Positions 1 to 12,905 of a DNA stretch of 64,000 bases are shown here, piece after piece. Below the pieces are notes generated by a model. It was not told where the DNA came from. It made no database searches and worked only from the letters and a program-made list of their open reading frames with translations. The DNA comes from Vicugna vicugna (taxonomy: Eukaryota), in NCBI GenBank assembly GCA_013265495.1, contig MU058781.1, forward strand, positions 5,335,050 to 5,399,049, written 5' to 3'. Position 1 is the stretch's first letter. Each line of letters starts with the position of its first letter. The position numbers and the translations under genes are program-made.

Positions 1-928
1 TCTGTGGGTCAGAAACTCAATCAGGACGCAGTAGCAATAGCATGTCTCTATCCTCCAACGTCTGCGGCCTCCGCTGGGGAGCCCAGAATGGCTGCAGGCG
101 ACTTGAATAACTGAGGGCTGGAGGACCCACTTTTGAGGTGGCTCCTTTCCTTCCTACCTGGAGCATCGGGAGGGATGACTCCAAGGATGCTGTATTAGTT
201 TCCTGAGGCTGCCATTAAAAGGCTCCACAAATTGGGCGACTTAAACAACAGAAATTTATTGTCTCACGGTCCTGGAGGCTGGAGATCCAAGATCAAGGTG
301 TTGGCAGGGCTGGTTCCTTCTGAGGCTGTGAGGGATTATCTGTTTCATGCCTCTTTCCCCATTTCTGGTGGTTCCCTGGCCATCTTTGGCCTTTCTTGGA
401 TTCTATGTGTACTGCATCGACCTCTGCTTTCACATTTACAAGCTTTCATATTCACTCCTGCTCACCTGTCTATCTCCATGTCCAAATTCCCACTGTTTAC
501 ATGAACATGGGCCATACTGGGTTACCACCACCCTGCCACTGACCTCGTCTTAACTGGATCATCCACCAAGACTCTATTTCCAAATAAAGGCACACTCACC
601 AGTACTGGGGGATTAGGACTTTGACATCCTTTGGAGGAGACAATTCAACCTTTAATAGCCAGGCTCACCTGGGACTGTCCACCACAGCACCTGCACATGG
701 CCTGACCACGTGGTGTGGAGCGGGGTTCTGAAAGGGTGCATCCCCAAACTGAGCATCCTCAGTGAACCAGGTAGAAACTGCATGGCCTTTTATGAACTAG
801 CTTTGGAAGCCATGCTTTATTGGTAGAAGCAGTCAAAGCTTTCCCAGATTCAAGGGAAGGACATAGACCTTACCTCCAGATGGGAAGAGTAGTGAAGAAT
901 TTGCAGCCATTTCTAAAAAACCACCACG
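1..928 (-). mobile_element. Old MaLR solo LTR (MLT1F/G/H-like), split by a younger MLT1 at 192-657
   Basis: MLT1 motifs tctgtgggtcag and gaaccaggtagaaactgcatggccttttatga...cccagattcaagggaagg...aaccaccac lie on both sides of the nested element. Confidence 0.65.
192..657 (-). mobile_element. MaLR solo LTR (MLT1C/D-like)
   Basis: Starts tgtattagtttcc; has ttaaacaacagaaatttattgtctcacggtcctggaggctgg and ctatttccaaataaaggcac; ends acaattcaacc. Confidence 0.85.
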
Positions 929-940
929 AGGGATTTTTAA

Positions 941-1118
941 CCAAGGGTTTAGGAACCCATTGGGAATCCACAGATGGCTTCCAAAGATTCTAAGAAACCA
1001 CAGAATCTGTGCAACATATCATATGAGCTCAATTTTTTTTTTCTGAGGCATGGGATCCCAGCACTCATTCTGTGTTGAAAGGGTGTGTGACCTACAAAAT
1101 GATCAAGTAGTACTAGAC
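941..1118. mobile_element. Degenerate hAT-Charlie MITE (MER103/MER112-like)
   Basis: The end motif aaagggtgtgtgacctacaaaatgatcaagtag resembles the Charlie MITE terminus. Heavily diverged. Confidence 0.4.
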
Positions 1119-2229
1119 TATTGGGTCAGTCTGCTGCCTCTAAACAGAAAAGGGCTCTCCTCCCTGTCTCTAACTCTGAGAAAATATTTTCTCTCTCTGG
1201 CCTGGCAGCAGAGCCAGCCTTTCTCTTTCCCCAAGGCAGCTTCTGCCATCTGCCAAATGGCACTGCTCTGCGACCCTGGTGTCCTTGAAGCTCAGAGCCA
1301 TAGACGGAGGTCCCCAGTGATCCCAGAATGCTCTGGCTCCTCGGTGCACAGGGTGGACTGAAAAGCAGCCCGTCCCCAAACCCCCTACCTGGGAGTCTCT
1401 GTGACACCCTCCATTCTGGCACGAGAGAGCCAGTGTCGGGCTGGGCTCCTTCCACAGCAGTGGCCCTTCCTGTTGTCCTTCTAACCTCGTTCATGCCTCT
1501 GTGCTATTTGTGTGCCTGCCTGTCTCCTCCACTAGCTCACGAACTCCTTTGGGAGCAAGTTCTTCTCATTTCTCTTTATATGAAGAAAATAGTTAATACT
1601 ATCTTTTGCATATGATAATGCTCAAAACCGTTGGTAATTTAAAAACATCAAAGCTGAGCTGCAGAAAGTTAGAACAGGTCCCCAAGGACTCTGGAATGCA
1701 GGGCCTCATGGGTCTTTCCATGCTTAGGAGAGTCTCATTTGGGGGAAGATGTCAGCTGCAAACAGGAGCCAAGGCCGGGCCAAGGCAAGGAGGTTTGAGA
1801 GAGGGGATTTGAAGGGTGAAATTTAGAGCTGGTCTGGGTTCTAACCCAGTTCTGTCACTGCCACTCTGTGGGCACTGGCAAGGCATTTCTGCATGCCCAT
1901 GCATTGCTAAGAGGCAACATTTTCTTGAGAAACTGACTTCAAACAGCAAGGATGCTCCTATTGCTAGCATTGCTAATTGACTAATTACTAATTGACTTGT
2001 ATTGTTCAACGCTGTGCTTTTCTAGCTGAGTTCTCGCTTATGGCTAGGCAGAAAGAAACCTTGCTAATTACCACGAGAGGATGGGATTGTGGGCCTGGAG
2101 GAAGAGCAAAATCTTTTGCCATCATCACATGAGCTAAGCATGGGGCAAGGTTTTGGGGTTCATTGGCAGTGAGTGAGACCCAGTACTTGCCTTCATGGAG
2201 ATGACCAACTACAGCAGACGACATACATT

Positions 2230-3900
2230 AAATGAGCCATTGAGGTTTTAAATAGAAAAGCGTCATGCTTGTATTTATATTTCACTAAGATCTCTCTGGC
2301 TGTGTTGTGGAGAACGCATTAGAAAATGACAGAGATGGATGCTAAGAAAGACTGGTCAGGGGTTAGATGCTGTGGCAGTAGTTCAGGTGAGAGATGATGG
2401 ATGCCTGGGAGAGGGAGCAGTAGATGGAATTGAAAGTTATTTGGGGGCTACAACTGGCATGAATTGGATAGGGATCAGGGGAGAATGGGACAGGGGTATT
2501 ACTCCCAGTTTCAGACTTGACCAACTGGGTAGAGGGAGTGAAATTTACAGAAATACAGGGCCTCAGGAGAGAAAGTTCTTTGTCATGAGGTATGCAGTCA
2601 CTTGATCTCTTTTCTGTGCTCCTTCTAAGTGGCCCATGCTGTGCTCCAGAGTCTAGACATTCTCCACACTCCCTTATGATTAAGGCTTTGAATGTGGTTT
2701 AGGTCCATCAATCAGCTACACTCACGTGAGTCTTGAATTCAGAACAGAGGCTACAGAGCCTGAAGCATCCATCTGGCTGATTCAAATCTAACAGCTGCAA
2801 GAGCCTCTGAATCGAGTGACTTTGGCCACAGCTGCCTGACAGATGCATCAGAGCTAAGCTTGTATCTGGGACAGCAGGCTTCCAATTCCTCAGCTTCTTG
2901 CTATGGCAAAGATAGGACTTCTCCTAGAGGGTTAATTCTGCAGTATTATTCTGAGTGTCATTCCTGGACACCCCGCCTAGAGCTTTCCCCAGTCTTTCCA
3001 ACAATTTTTAAGCATGCAGTTCCCTGTAGAAGCCCCTTTCTGCTTAAAATGTCTAGAATGACTCCTGTTATCAGCAACAAAAACTTAATAGTTATAGAAG
3101 CAGTGAGTTTGTAGAACCTGCAAGACATCCAGATGTAAATACGTGGATGACACTCTGACACACGGGCCTGGAGTTTAAGAGAGAGGACTGAACTGGTGTT
3201 TCTGAGCTGTTGGCATACGGATTGCAATGGATGAAAGCACCCAGGGAGATACTGCCAAGAAAGAACTTGAAAGGTGAGAAGAAAGGATGGCTTAGGATAG
3301 AACCTTTGGAAATATCCATTTTTAAGAGATGGTTAGACATGTAATTGGCCAATGGAGGAAGACGGGCAAAAGGTAGGAGGAAAACCAGGAGGTGTTAGTA
3401 TCACAGATGCTGCCAGGAGGTCAGGAAAGATGAGGGCTGACATGCCTATTGAATCTGGTCTTTGGCAACCCTGGCAAGAGTGTGACTACAGTGTTGGGAA
3501 TAGGGTTCAAATTAAAAGGATTTCGTAATGAGGGAGAGAAAGAAATAGATACTGTGGGAGTAGCAGACTTTTAAGGAGGGTTGACCATCCCTAGAGGTGG
3601 TGCAGGATCAAAGGAGGGAGAGTTTTGTTTTGTTTTGTTTTAATCCTTAGTCAAGTCAACCGCCTTCCATGATGAAGCATTAGTGAGATGTCATGTGAAA
3701 CTGTGATACGTATTTTGTCTAAACAATAAATCATATTGGAGAAAGAAGCACATGTTTGATGGTGATGAGATGAAGTTAGGAGAGACTTGGGGGAGAGGGA
3801 AGACAAAGGAGAGGAGATAATTCTGTGCTTTAATAGCTGTGAAAACATAGAAGGGGATGGGATCCTGATGGTGGGATAGTTTTAGACAGGGGAAGGGGAG
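2230..3900 (-). mobile_element. L2 LINE fragment interrupted by an LTR41-like element
   Basis: Purine-rich antisense L2 motifs: gagccattgaggttttaa, agatctctctggctg, caggtgagagatgatgg, ggaggaaaaccaggag, aggtcaggaaagatgagggctga. Confidence 0.7.
2581..3095 (+). mobile_element. ERVL solo LTR (LTR41-like)
   Basis: tttaggtccatcaatcagctacactcacgtgagtcttgaattcagaac, and 3' end cccttttctgcttaaa...ctgttatcagcaac. Confidence 0.65.
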
Positions 3901-5109
3901 CAGGGGGAGAGATGGCTTTAACAGAGGAAGACAGGGAGCAAGAATGAGGGTGGATCATGGCTGGAGCAGGACCAGTTTCACCAGAGAGAAATCTCAGCCT
4001 GGAGCCACGTCTTCTCCACTAGGAGGAAGGGCAGATTGCTTTGCCGGGTGAACAAAGGCTGAGCCTGCGTGAACGTCTCAAGAGAGAAATGTGTTTGTAC
4101 ATGAGGCTTGTAATTAAAGGCTCCCAATAAACCAAGTCTCATTACTCAGCTTAAGGAGCTGCCTAGATAGCGTCTGGCACAGTGTCAAGTGTCTGCTTGG
4201 CACAAAGCTGAGCTGGAGGTGGCCCGTGCCTGGGGGAAGGGCCCGGGCTGGGGGCTCAAGGAGGCTGGCCTGCTAGGGCCCCCCTGCACCAGGCTTTCAT
4301 TACATCGCACTGATGGGAAACAAGACTGTCCTCGCACTGTTCAGGCTTCATTGTTCTCCTTTCCAAATATTTAAACAGGCTGTTGAGAACAGGGCCATGT
4401 CAACTGCCTGATTCAGTGAACATTACAATGGTTAATTGTTGGGATCTCTACTGTTATCAGGAACCCCATGCAGGTTAAACTCTCTCAGCCTTGAGGAAGG
4501 CTGCTGCCAGTCATTCTTGGGTAGCTGGCAGGAGAGTCTGTCAGAATCAAAGTTCAGGTAAGGTAACATCACCAGTTCCTTCTACACAAAATAGAGCCTG
4601 CGGTTTGCACCTCACAAACACTTGTGTAATTAATTACTTTCACTGAGGGCACAGGGATAATAATACCTTAGTTTTGTAAAATGTGTTCTAGTTTGCAAAG
4701 CACTTTCACGCCATCACCTAATCCCCTCTTTGCTGTCAAGTGTTATTTCATATCCAGAATAGGGATTATGTTAATAATAAAAGCAACCACCACCACCACA
4801 ATAGCCACTGACTTGTATCGACGACTTTCTGTGTACCAGGCACTGTTTTATGTGCATTACAAGTAGTGTGATCAGTGGAAATAGGGATGTCCAAAGAAGG
4901 AGAAAGATTATGGGTTTGCTGTGCACAGATGACATTCTGTGTACTAGCCAGGGGGACCTATGGGTGACACTTCTGCACCGTTCCTTGCTAGGAAAAACCT
5001 TGCTTCCTACAACTACTTTCAATATTCCTCATTATTCTTTCCACAGCCTTCGAGATTTTCCATGATCTAGGTCCTTCTTTATATTATTCTGAATAAGCCA
5101 ACTCCCTCT

Positions 5110-6210
5110 TATTGACACTTATGGGACATGTCTATGTTCTGAGCTCTGCTGTGAGCAGTTTCTAGGCATCCTCTCATTTACTCCTCACCACTACCCCACA
5201 AGGTGGGTAGAATGATCATCCTGTTTTCAGATTAGAAAACTGAGGCATACGTCATTCAAAAGTCCACAAATGACAAATGCTGGAGAGGCTGTGGAGAAAA
5301 AGGAACCCTCCTACACTGCTGGTGGGAATGCAGTTTGGTGCAGCCACTGTGGAAAATAGTATGGAGATTCCTTAAAAGACTAGGAATAGACTTACCGTAG
5401 GACCCAGGAATCCCACTCCTGGGCATATATCCAGAAGGAACCCTACTTCAGGATGACACCTGCACCCCAATGTTCACAGCAACACTATTTACAATAGCCA
5501 CCACATGGAAACAGCCTAAATGTCCATCAACAGATGACTGGATAAAGAAGATGTGGTATATTTATACAATGGAATACTATTCAGCCATAAAAACTGACAA
5601 CATAACGCCATTTGCAGCAACATGGATGCTCCTGGAGAATGTCATTCTAAGTGAAGTAAGCCAGAAAGAGAAAGAAAAATACCATATGAGATCACTCATA
5701 TGCAGAATCTAAAATACATACATACATACATACAAAACAGAAACAGACTCATACAGACATAGAATACACACTTGTGGTTGCCAAAGGGGTAGCGGGTGGG
5801 AAGGGACAGACTATGATTTCAAAATTTGTAGATACTGACAGGCATATGTAGAATAGATAAACAAGGTTATACTGTATAGCACAGGGAAATATATACAAGA
5901 TCTTGCGGTAGCTCAAAGCAAAAAAATAAAATGTGACAATGAATATATGTATGTTTATGTATAACTGAAAAATTGTGCTCTACACTGGAATTTGACACAA
6001 CATTGTAAAATGACTATAACTCAATAAAAATTTTTTTAAAAATAAATAAATAAAATAAAAACAAACCAACACTCAAAAAAAAAAAAAAAAGAAAAGAAAA
6101 CTGAGGCATAAAGAGTGAAGTGACATGCCCATGGTCACTCAGTGAGCAAGTGGCAGGCTGGAACTCTAATCTAGGGGTCTGGCTCCAGCACCCATGGCTC
6201 TCGGTCACCA
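5110..6210 (-). mobile_element. MIR SINE split by the young L1 at 5250-6094
   Basis: ctcatttactcctcacc...ctgttttcagattagaaaactgaggca continues after the L1 as aagtgacatgcccatggtcac...gtctggctccag. Confidence 0.8.
5250..6094 (+). mobile_element. Young 5'-truncated L1 (ORF2 C-terminus, 3'UTR, poly-A)
   Basis: ORF 5470-5712 is the L1 ORF2 C-terminus (WKQPKCPSTDDWIKKMWYIYTMEYYSAIK). 16-bp TSD agaaaactgaggcata at 5234-5249 and 6095-6110. Confidence 0.97.
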
Positions 6211-7587
6211 CACTAGGCTGTGTGGCTGATGGACCTTGGCTTGGTCGCAACCTGAGAAACATGGGTTGGTGAGCTAAGAAGAAACATATTTGCTCTAGAG
6301 AGAGGTCAGCCTTCAGTGTCCAGGTTCATTGCTGTTTTCACTGTACCTTGGTTGTCACTCTAAGTCTCAGCATTCAAAACCTGAATACCAAAACATGGCA
6401 CAACAGGCAGGGGTCAATTTCTTTAAAAACAAAATATTAGGCTTTGGGGGGTTGGATGGGATGGCCACCCATTAAAACTGATTTTTTCACTTTCCTCCAA
6501 AGAAATGCTTGTTTCTCTTATCCACGAAGGGAGAAACCACTAATTTGCTTGGCCCTTCCGCCCTACCAGTTGGCCAGTTGTCCTCTGGACATTAGTGTAC
6601 TGACTCCTGGGAGAAGAGCCCTCTCGTCCATGCTCTGCTGTCTGGGTGCTGACTGCCTGCTCTTTGGTTGCCCCATAGTCCCACCAGCTTGAGCTCCTGG
6701 GAGGAGCTGGTTTGGGATATGACTGCACCTAGAAGTGACTCAGGCACCTGCTCCTGGCCTTCGCCTGGGTGTGCTCCTTACTACCCATATCTTTTATCAG
6801 GAAGGGCAGGGCCCCTATTATTCTGGACAATGGCATGAAACACACTATCACACATGTGTACACAGATAACTGGGCGAATGTTTTCCCTTTGTCAGCACAG
6901 CATGAGACAGTTCTTACACTGGGGAAAAGTTGCTCAGCCTGAGCCCCCTGGTTGGCTCCCGTGGAAATGGAATTCAGGGTTAGCACAAGAAGAACATTCC
7001 TGAAATCATCCCTGAAAGAGCATCGTTCTCCATCGCATGGGCTACATATTTCATCTTGCCACGTGAATGTCTCTGTAGCATTTAGTTTTATTTAAATTTA
7101 TTAACACGGCTTATCACCAGTTTTAAAACCTGCCTAGAAGTAGAAAGGGTTTTTCCTTGTAAGAGACTGTCAGTGTCGCCAAGGGTGACCTCCACTGTCC
7201 CCACAAACAGAAATGAAACAGCTGGCCACACCCACTTCCAAGCACTTTCGAAGGCCCAGGAAGTTAGGCCATAGGAACCTGTGGGTCCCACACTCCACAA
7301 ATGCTGAGCATTTTCAGATGATCATACATGATGTGGTTGCTAAAGACACAGCTTCTGTGAAACCTGAAATGTCACAATTGTTTAAATGAGAAATGACCCT
7401 GAGAAAATGACCCTGAAATCACATGTACCTAGAGGACGCCATTTCCTCTGCACTTGGAAACCTCCCAGTACATGCATGTGCATGCGCACACACACACACA
7501 CACACCCCTAACATATCCTGAGGCTATCAGGGCTCCAGAAGTCACCAAAACACCGCACTGCACACAAGTGCATTTAATCTAAAACCC

Positions 7588-7880
7588 ACCAGTTCTCAGC
7601 CCTGGCTGCACAGTACAGTCCCTTGGGAGGCTTTTGAAATCCCCAGGACCCACCCCCAGAGGTTCTGACTTAATTGTTCCAGGATGGGGAAGGCTGCCCA
7701 ACTGTCCCTGTTTGCCTGCCTGGAACTGAGGGGGTTCCCAGGATGCAGGCAGGACTTTGCTGAAATGAAGAACATCCTGAGGATCTGGGACTAGGTTGTC
7801 ACCGGGGGTGGAGATGGGTTCTCTCTGTATATGTTCCTAGTGATTCTAATGTGCAGTTAGTGTTTGAGAAGAACTAGTCT
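7588..7880. mobile_element. MER5-type hAT MITE with a nested MER94-like element (about 7690-7805)
   Basis: cagttctcagccctggctgcac...gaggttctgacttaattg...tgattctaatgtgcag...tttgagaa; inner piece ccaactgtccctgtttgcc...gggttcccaggatgcagg...gtcacc. Confidence 0.65.
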
Positions 7881-8439
7881 AAACTCCTAAACTTTAACCT
7901 ACACACTGAGGACAGGTAACTTAAGATTTGAGATAATATTATTCTTTTGTAGAGGATTGTTTTTAAATAATAGTAGTAATAGTAATAATACCGTCTGTAA
8001 ATGAGATGTTCTGGCCAAATGCAGCCTTCCCGCCCCCTGAGGGGCCCAAGAGCATGACCCCACCCAGGGAGAAGCCTGCCTATTTTCTACTCTCATTGGA
8101 CAGAAATCCAAACACTGAGTCCCCCTGTTGAAGTGGGAAGGAAACACCAAGTTGATTGTTTTATAATTAAAGAAGACTCTGGGGGAGATGTTTTGCTCGG
8201 GAGCCCAGCACGCCACGCTGGGTCACTGAGAGCTGGAGCTGCTCTCAGTCCTGACTGGCAGAAGCACCAGGCATCTCAGAGGCTGTTCTTCCTTTACTTC
8301 CTAGCTGGCATTCAGATGACTTGCTTGCATCCAACAAGGTTTGTAATGATCACTTGTTCTTATCCATCCATCTTTCTCCCGAGTTGCTGAGCTGGGAGTG
8401 AGAGAAGAGCGTGTGCATCTGGGAAACTTCCGCATGTTC

Positions 8440-8805
8440 CATGGTTCTCAGCCCTCCTATCGAATTCTACCACCTGGGGAGCTGTTAAAAGTCAGAATGC
8501 CCAGGCCCCTCCCTAGGCCAATGAAGTCAGTATCTCAGGGGCTTGGGAACCAGGTGGAACTTTCTGAAATCTCCCCTAGGTGACTGTCATGGATAGCCGG
8601 GGTGAGGATCACACTGCTTTAGAGCCTGCTTCTCAAAGTGTGGTCTCCAAACCAGCTGCATCAGCATCACGTGGGAACTTGCTAGAAACGCAGATTCTCA
8701 GGCCCCACCCTGGACCTACTGAATCAGAAACTTGAATTGGGCCCCAGCAGTCAGTTTTAAAAAGATTTCTGGGTGATTCTAATGCACGATGGTTTGAAAA
8801 CCAGT
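8440..8805. mobile_element. Adjacent MER5B and MER5A hAT-Charlie MITEs
   Basis: tggttctcagccc...ccacctggggagctgttaaaa...atgcccaggcccc, then ttctcaaagtgtggtc...cagcatcacgtgggaacttgctagaaacgcagattctcaggccccacc...ctactgaatcagaaac. Confidence 0.85.
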
Positions 8806-9599
8806 TTAGATGACAAGGTAGTATTTTTCTTTAAATCTGCTGAGATGCTTGAACTGTTAACTGTTGCCTTTAATTTCCTTGTTTGCAGCAAAACCCAATT
8901 CCTTTTTTTGGATGATTCTCACTAATAAAGTGATGAATCCTGACTCCTCTGGGATGAAAAAACACAAAAGATACACCTGAGGCTGTACTGTTATTTCTGG
9001 ATTGGGAACCAACAGAGCAAAATAATCTTATGAAACAATGGAGGCAAATTATTTGTCTCCTATAATTAAGTCATCTGCTTTAGTGTTGTTTTATAAGGCG
9101 CAAGTTTCTAGTCTTTATCTATTGTTTCTTTCTATATCAAGCTTAGAGCAGCCAGAAAAAATTATGCCCGAAAGAGGTTTAATTAAAGAGATGCTTGGAA
9201 TTCCCTAGGGAAATCTATGATATTATAGGAAGGGGTGTTTAAGGTGCAGAATTCAGGGCAGAGAGCCAAAATTTGCTCTAAGTGAGCAGGGTGATGGTAG
9301 GCACTGGAGAGAAGTGGGAAGGTGAAGGATGGTCAGCAGTAATTTGAGCCAAGAGAAATGAAAGCAGAGAGGACTTGTTCTCCAGTCAGGAAAGTTCCTG
9401 AAATTTTAGGATCCGACATCTTCTGCCCCTCAGGAAGGACACAAATGGGTATTTTTGAATTGGGGGAGTTCTCCCCTTCTCCTGACCCGACCCCTCTACT
9501 TTATAAAACCAAATCATAGAAAAGGCATTTATAAGTTTCTTACAGTTTGGATGCCCAGTATGTTGGGGGTTTTCTTCTGAGTAAAAATGAAAGAATATT

Positions 9600-9795
9600 A
9601 GATGGTGAATTAACACTTGTTCAGACAATTATACCTATTATGTATTTTAATCATCATAACAACACTTGGAGGGAAGTATCACTGGCCCATTTTCCAAATT
9701 AAAAAACTGAGGGTCAGAGACACTAGGAAAATAACTTAGTCATTACATGACAGAGATAAGATTCTAATCCAGGTCTGTTTAACTGCAAGACCTTT
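9600..9795 (-). mobile_element. MIR SINE
   Basis: ttttaatcatcataacaac...cccattttccaaattaaaaaactgagggtcagaga...atccaggtctgtttaact. Confidence 0.7.
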
Positions 9796-9917
9796 GTTGG
9801 CTTCCTTGATCCAGAAAGATATTAACTGGAGCCTAGAGCTGTGAAGCCAGCTGGCGGGTCTACATTGAACTACAAACAGAGACATTAATCCAGAACTTCA
9901 TTCCTACAGGTAGACAT

Positions 9918-11138
9918 TGTTGAGGGGAATGCTCTAAGGTGTTTCTGCACAACTTGTGACATCTTTTATCCCAGACTATGTTTTCAAGGATGTTGAGCAA
10001 AGCTAGAAGTCTCTCCAGAGTAAAGGGCAGATTTGTTTCCTAACTAGGATTAAAAAAAAGGATCCTATCTTCCTCAAGGGCAAAGGTTGGGCAAGTTTGC
10101 TCATGCTTCCCTTATAAGATTAAGGGTTTCAGCTCAAAGTTTCTCAGCTGTGACACAGGCCCACTGTGTCCACAGCATCCATTCACCTGGGCCTGCCTCG
10201 GGATCATCCCCATGGGACTTGGGGTTCAAAGAGAGCCGGTGTGGCCATGACCAATAAAGTTCTTTGTGTCTGAAATGCTGGAGAGGCTGTGGAGAAAAAG
10301 GAACCCTCCTTCACTGCTGGTGGGAATACAGTTTGGTGCAGCCACTGTGGAAAACAGTATGGAGATTCTTCAAAAGACTAGGAATAGACTTACTATATGA
10401 TCCAGGAATCCCGCTCCTGGGCATATATCCAGAAGGAACCCTACTTCAGGATGACACCTGCACCCCAATGTTCACAGCAACACTATTTACAATAGCCACC
10501 ACATGGAAACAGCCTAAATGTCCATCAACAGATGACTGGATAAAGAAGATGTGGTATATTTATACAATGGAATACTACTCAGCCATAAAAACTGACAACA
10601 TAACGCCATTTGCAGCAACATGGATGCTCCAGGAGAATGTCATTCTAAGTGAAGTAAGCCAGAAAGAAAAAGAAAAATACCATATGAGATCACTTATATG
10701 TGGAATCTAAAAACAAACAAACAAACAAAGCATAAATACAAAACAGAAATAGACTCATAGACGTAGAATACAAACTTGTGGTTGCCAAGGGGGCGGGGGG
10801 TGGAAAGAGATAGACTGGGATTTCAAAATTGTAGAATAGATAAACAAGATTATACTGTATAGCACAGGGAAATGTATACAAGATCTTATGGTAGCTCACA
10901 GAGGAAAAAATGTGACAATAAATATATATATATGTTCATGTATAACTGAAAAATTGTGCTCTACAGTGGAATTTGACACAACATTGTAAAATGATTATAA
11001 ATCAATAAAAAAATGTTAAAAAAAAAAGTTCTTTGTGTCTGACCCAGGAGTCTTGTGCCTTCTGCCAGCATCCATGAAACCATGGCAGGCCAACTTAGCT
11101 TGCAAGCAGGGAAGAGTCTCAGAGCACTGACTCTCACA
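9918..11138 (+). mobile_element. ERVL solo LTR (LTR40-like) interrupted by L1
   Basis: TG...CA ends; gactatgttttcaaggatgtt, aaagggcagatttg and aataaagttctttgtgtctgacccaggagtcttgtgccttctgccagcatccatgaaac. Confidence 0.85.
10274..11024 (+). mobile_element. Young 5'-truncated L1
   Basis: Open ORF2 C-terminal frame 10264-10710 ([16 protein letters not shown]...). 18-bp TSD aaagttctttgtgtctga at 10256-10273 and 11025-11042. Confidence 0.97.
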
Positions 11139-11919
11139 CCTGAGCTTATATATATACCAGCACATCCTGCTCTGTCCCACCCCTCAGTAAGGAGCGGGTG
11201 CAGCCAGCTCACGGAGCTCACCTGGTGGAACCTTCTCACCATTCTCTTGCTTCTCCATCTGTCTTATGTGATTACTGAATCTAAGCAGTGACTAGAATTG
11301 ACAGGTGGGAATTCGGAAGCTAGCTTTGGCAGATGTTAACTTCAAAAAGACCTGAGGCTCTCACATGTGCACCAAATTGAAATTCCAGTGTCCTTGAACC
11401 ACAGCTTGAAAGTGACTTTAGTCATTTAGGCCACTTTCCACTCAACGTGGCAAATGTTTTCCAAACCAGCCTTACCCTCATCTCAACTCCGCCCTTTTCA
11501 GGTCCTCTTAGGTGCTGAGTGAACCCCTGAGCACCAGATTCTTGCTCAACCAGTGGGATTGCACTGGATGGTTGGGTCAGATTTCTTATGAGTGCTTATC
11601 ACAACTGGCTCAAAACTGATCTCGATTGTTTTCTTAGGAAAAATCCTCGGAGGCAAAGGGAAAAGAGAGGAGGGTGGGAGCATGCTAAAGGAAGAAGAGG
11701 GCTGAGTTGGTGGGAATACAGTAACTCTGGACTTTTTATCTTAACTCCTCAAAATTGACAGCCAGGAGATTCATTCCCCATCTCCCACAGGGTGAGAAAG
11801 TTTGGGGCCTTCTCTGACATGGAGGAATCAGGTGTGGAAGAGGCATGGCTAGCTGTTTTGCAAACTAATCTTCTAAAATTTCTGAGAACTAGAAGGGTTG
11901 CTAGAATTAAGGAAAGTCT

Positions 11920-12095
11920 ATTACAGCACTTCTCATGCATTACAGTACACACCAATCACAGGGGATCTTGTTAAAAATGCAGATTTTGGTTCAGTGGGTC
12001 TGGCTGGGTTAAGACTCAACATTTTGCAATTCCAACAAGATTCCAATGGACATGGATGCTGCTGGTCCATGAACCACACTATGAGCAGCAAGGAC
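11920..12095. mobile_element. MER5A MITE
   Basis: aatcacaggggatcttgttaaaaatgcagattttggttcagtgggtctgg...atgctgctggtcc...accacactatgag. Confidence 0.75.
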
Positions 12096-12150
12096 ATATG
12101 CTATCTGAGAAAGCTGTAATTGCTGGAGCCTCTGTTAGGGCCATGGCCAG

Positions 12151-12567
12151 TGTTATGGACTAAATGTGTCCCCCACCCCTAAATTCATATGTTGAAGTCC
12201 TAACCGCAGGAATGGCTGTATTTGGAGATGGGGTCACTAAAGAAGTAATTTAGATTTAATGAGTCATAAGGGGCCCTGATACAATAGGCTTAGTGTCCTT
12301 GTAAGAAGAGATACCAGAGTCCTCTCTTTCTCTCTCTCCCTCCCACCCTTCCCCCTCACCAACTCAATCCCAGAGGAAAGGCCATGTGAGGACATGGCAG
12401 GAAGACAGCCATCGACAAGCCAGGAAGAGAGTTCTCGCCAAAACCCAACTATGCCAGCATCCTGATCTTGAACTTCCCGCCTCCAGAACTGCGAGGGAAT
12501 GAAAGCATGTTGTTTGAGCCCCTCGGCTTGTGGTATGTTGCTATGGCAGTCCGTGTAGACGGATACA
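12151..12567 (+). mobile_element. MaLR solo LTR (MLT1B/C-like)
   Basis: tgttatggactaaatgtgtccccc...aaattcatatgttgaagtcctaac...gccatgtgaggac...cctccagaactgcga...ctatggcag. Confidence 0.9.
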
Positions 12568-12726
12568 GCCCCAGATGTTCTGGCCCCATGACATTTAGGA
12601 GTTCTGGAGAATCAGATTCCTGCGCTCTCAGACCTGACAAGGGACAGTCTCTAAGCCCAGACAGGCTGGCTGCTCCTGTACTACACTTTACCACACTGCT
12701 ATGCTTCAATTCACAGTTTCATTAGT

Positions 12727-12905
12727 CAGTGTCTATCAACCTTAGCTTCCCATTGGAATAATCCAAGAGCTTTAAAACAGTACCCATGCCTGGGTCCCAC
12801 CCCCTAGGATGCTGATTTAATTGGTCTGGCGGGTGGCCTGGGTATCAGGATTTTTTTTTAAAGTTCTCCAACTGATTCATTCTAAGATTGAGAGCCACTG
12901 CTTCA
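12727..12905. mobile_element. MER5B MITE
   Basis: cagtgtctatcaacc...atgcctgggtcccacccc...tgatttaattggtctgg...ttgagagccactg. Confidence 0.75.

Noticed and set aside
10264..10710. 148-aa ORF, and the similar ORFs at 5470 and 28538, as host genes
   Set aside because: They are C-terminal fragments of L1 ORF2 in 5'-truncated insertions.
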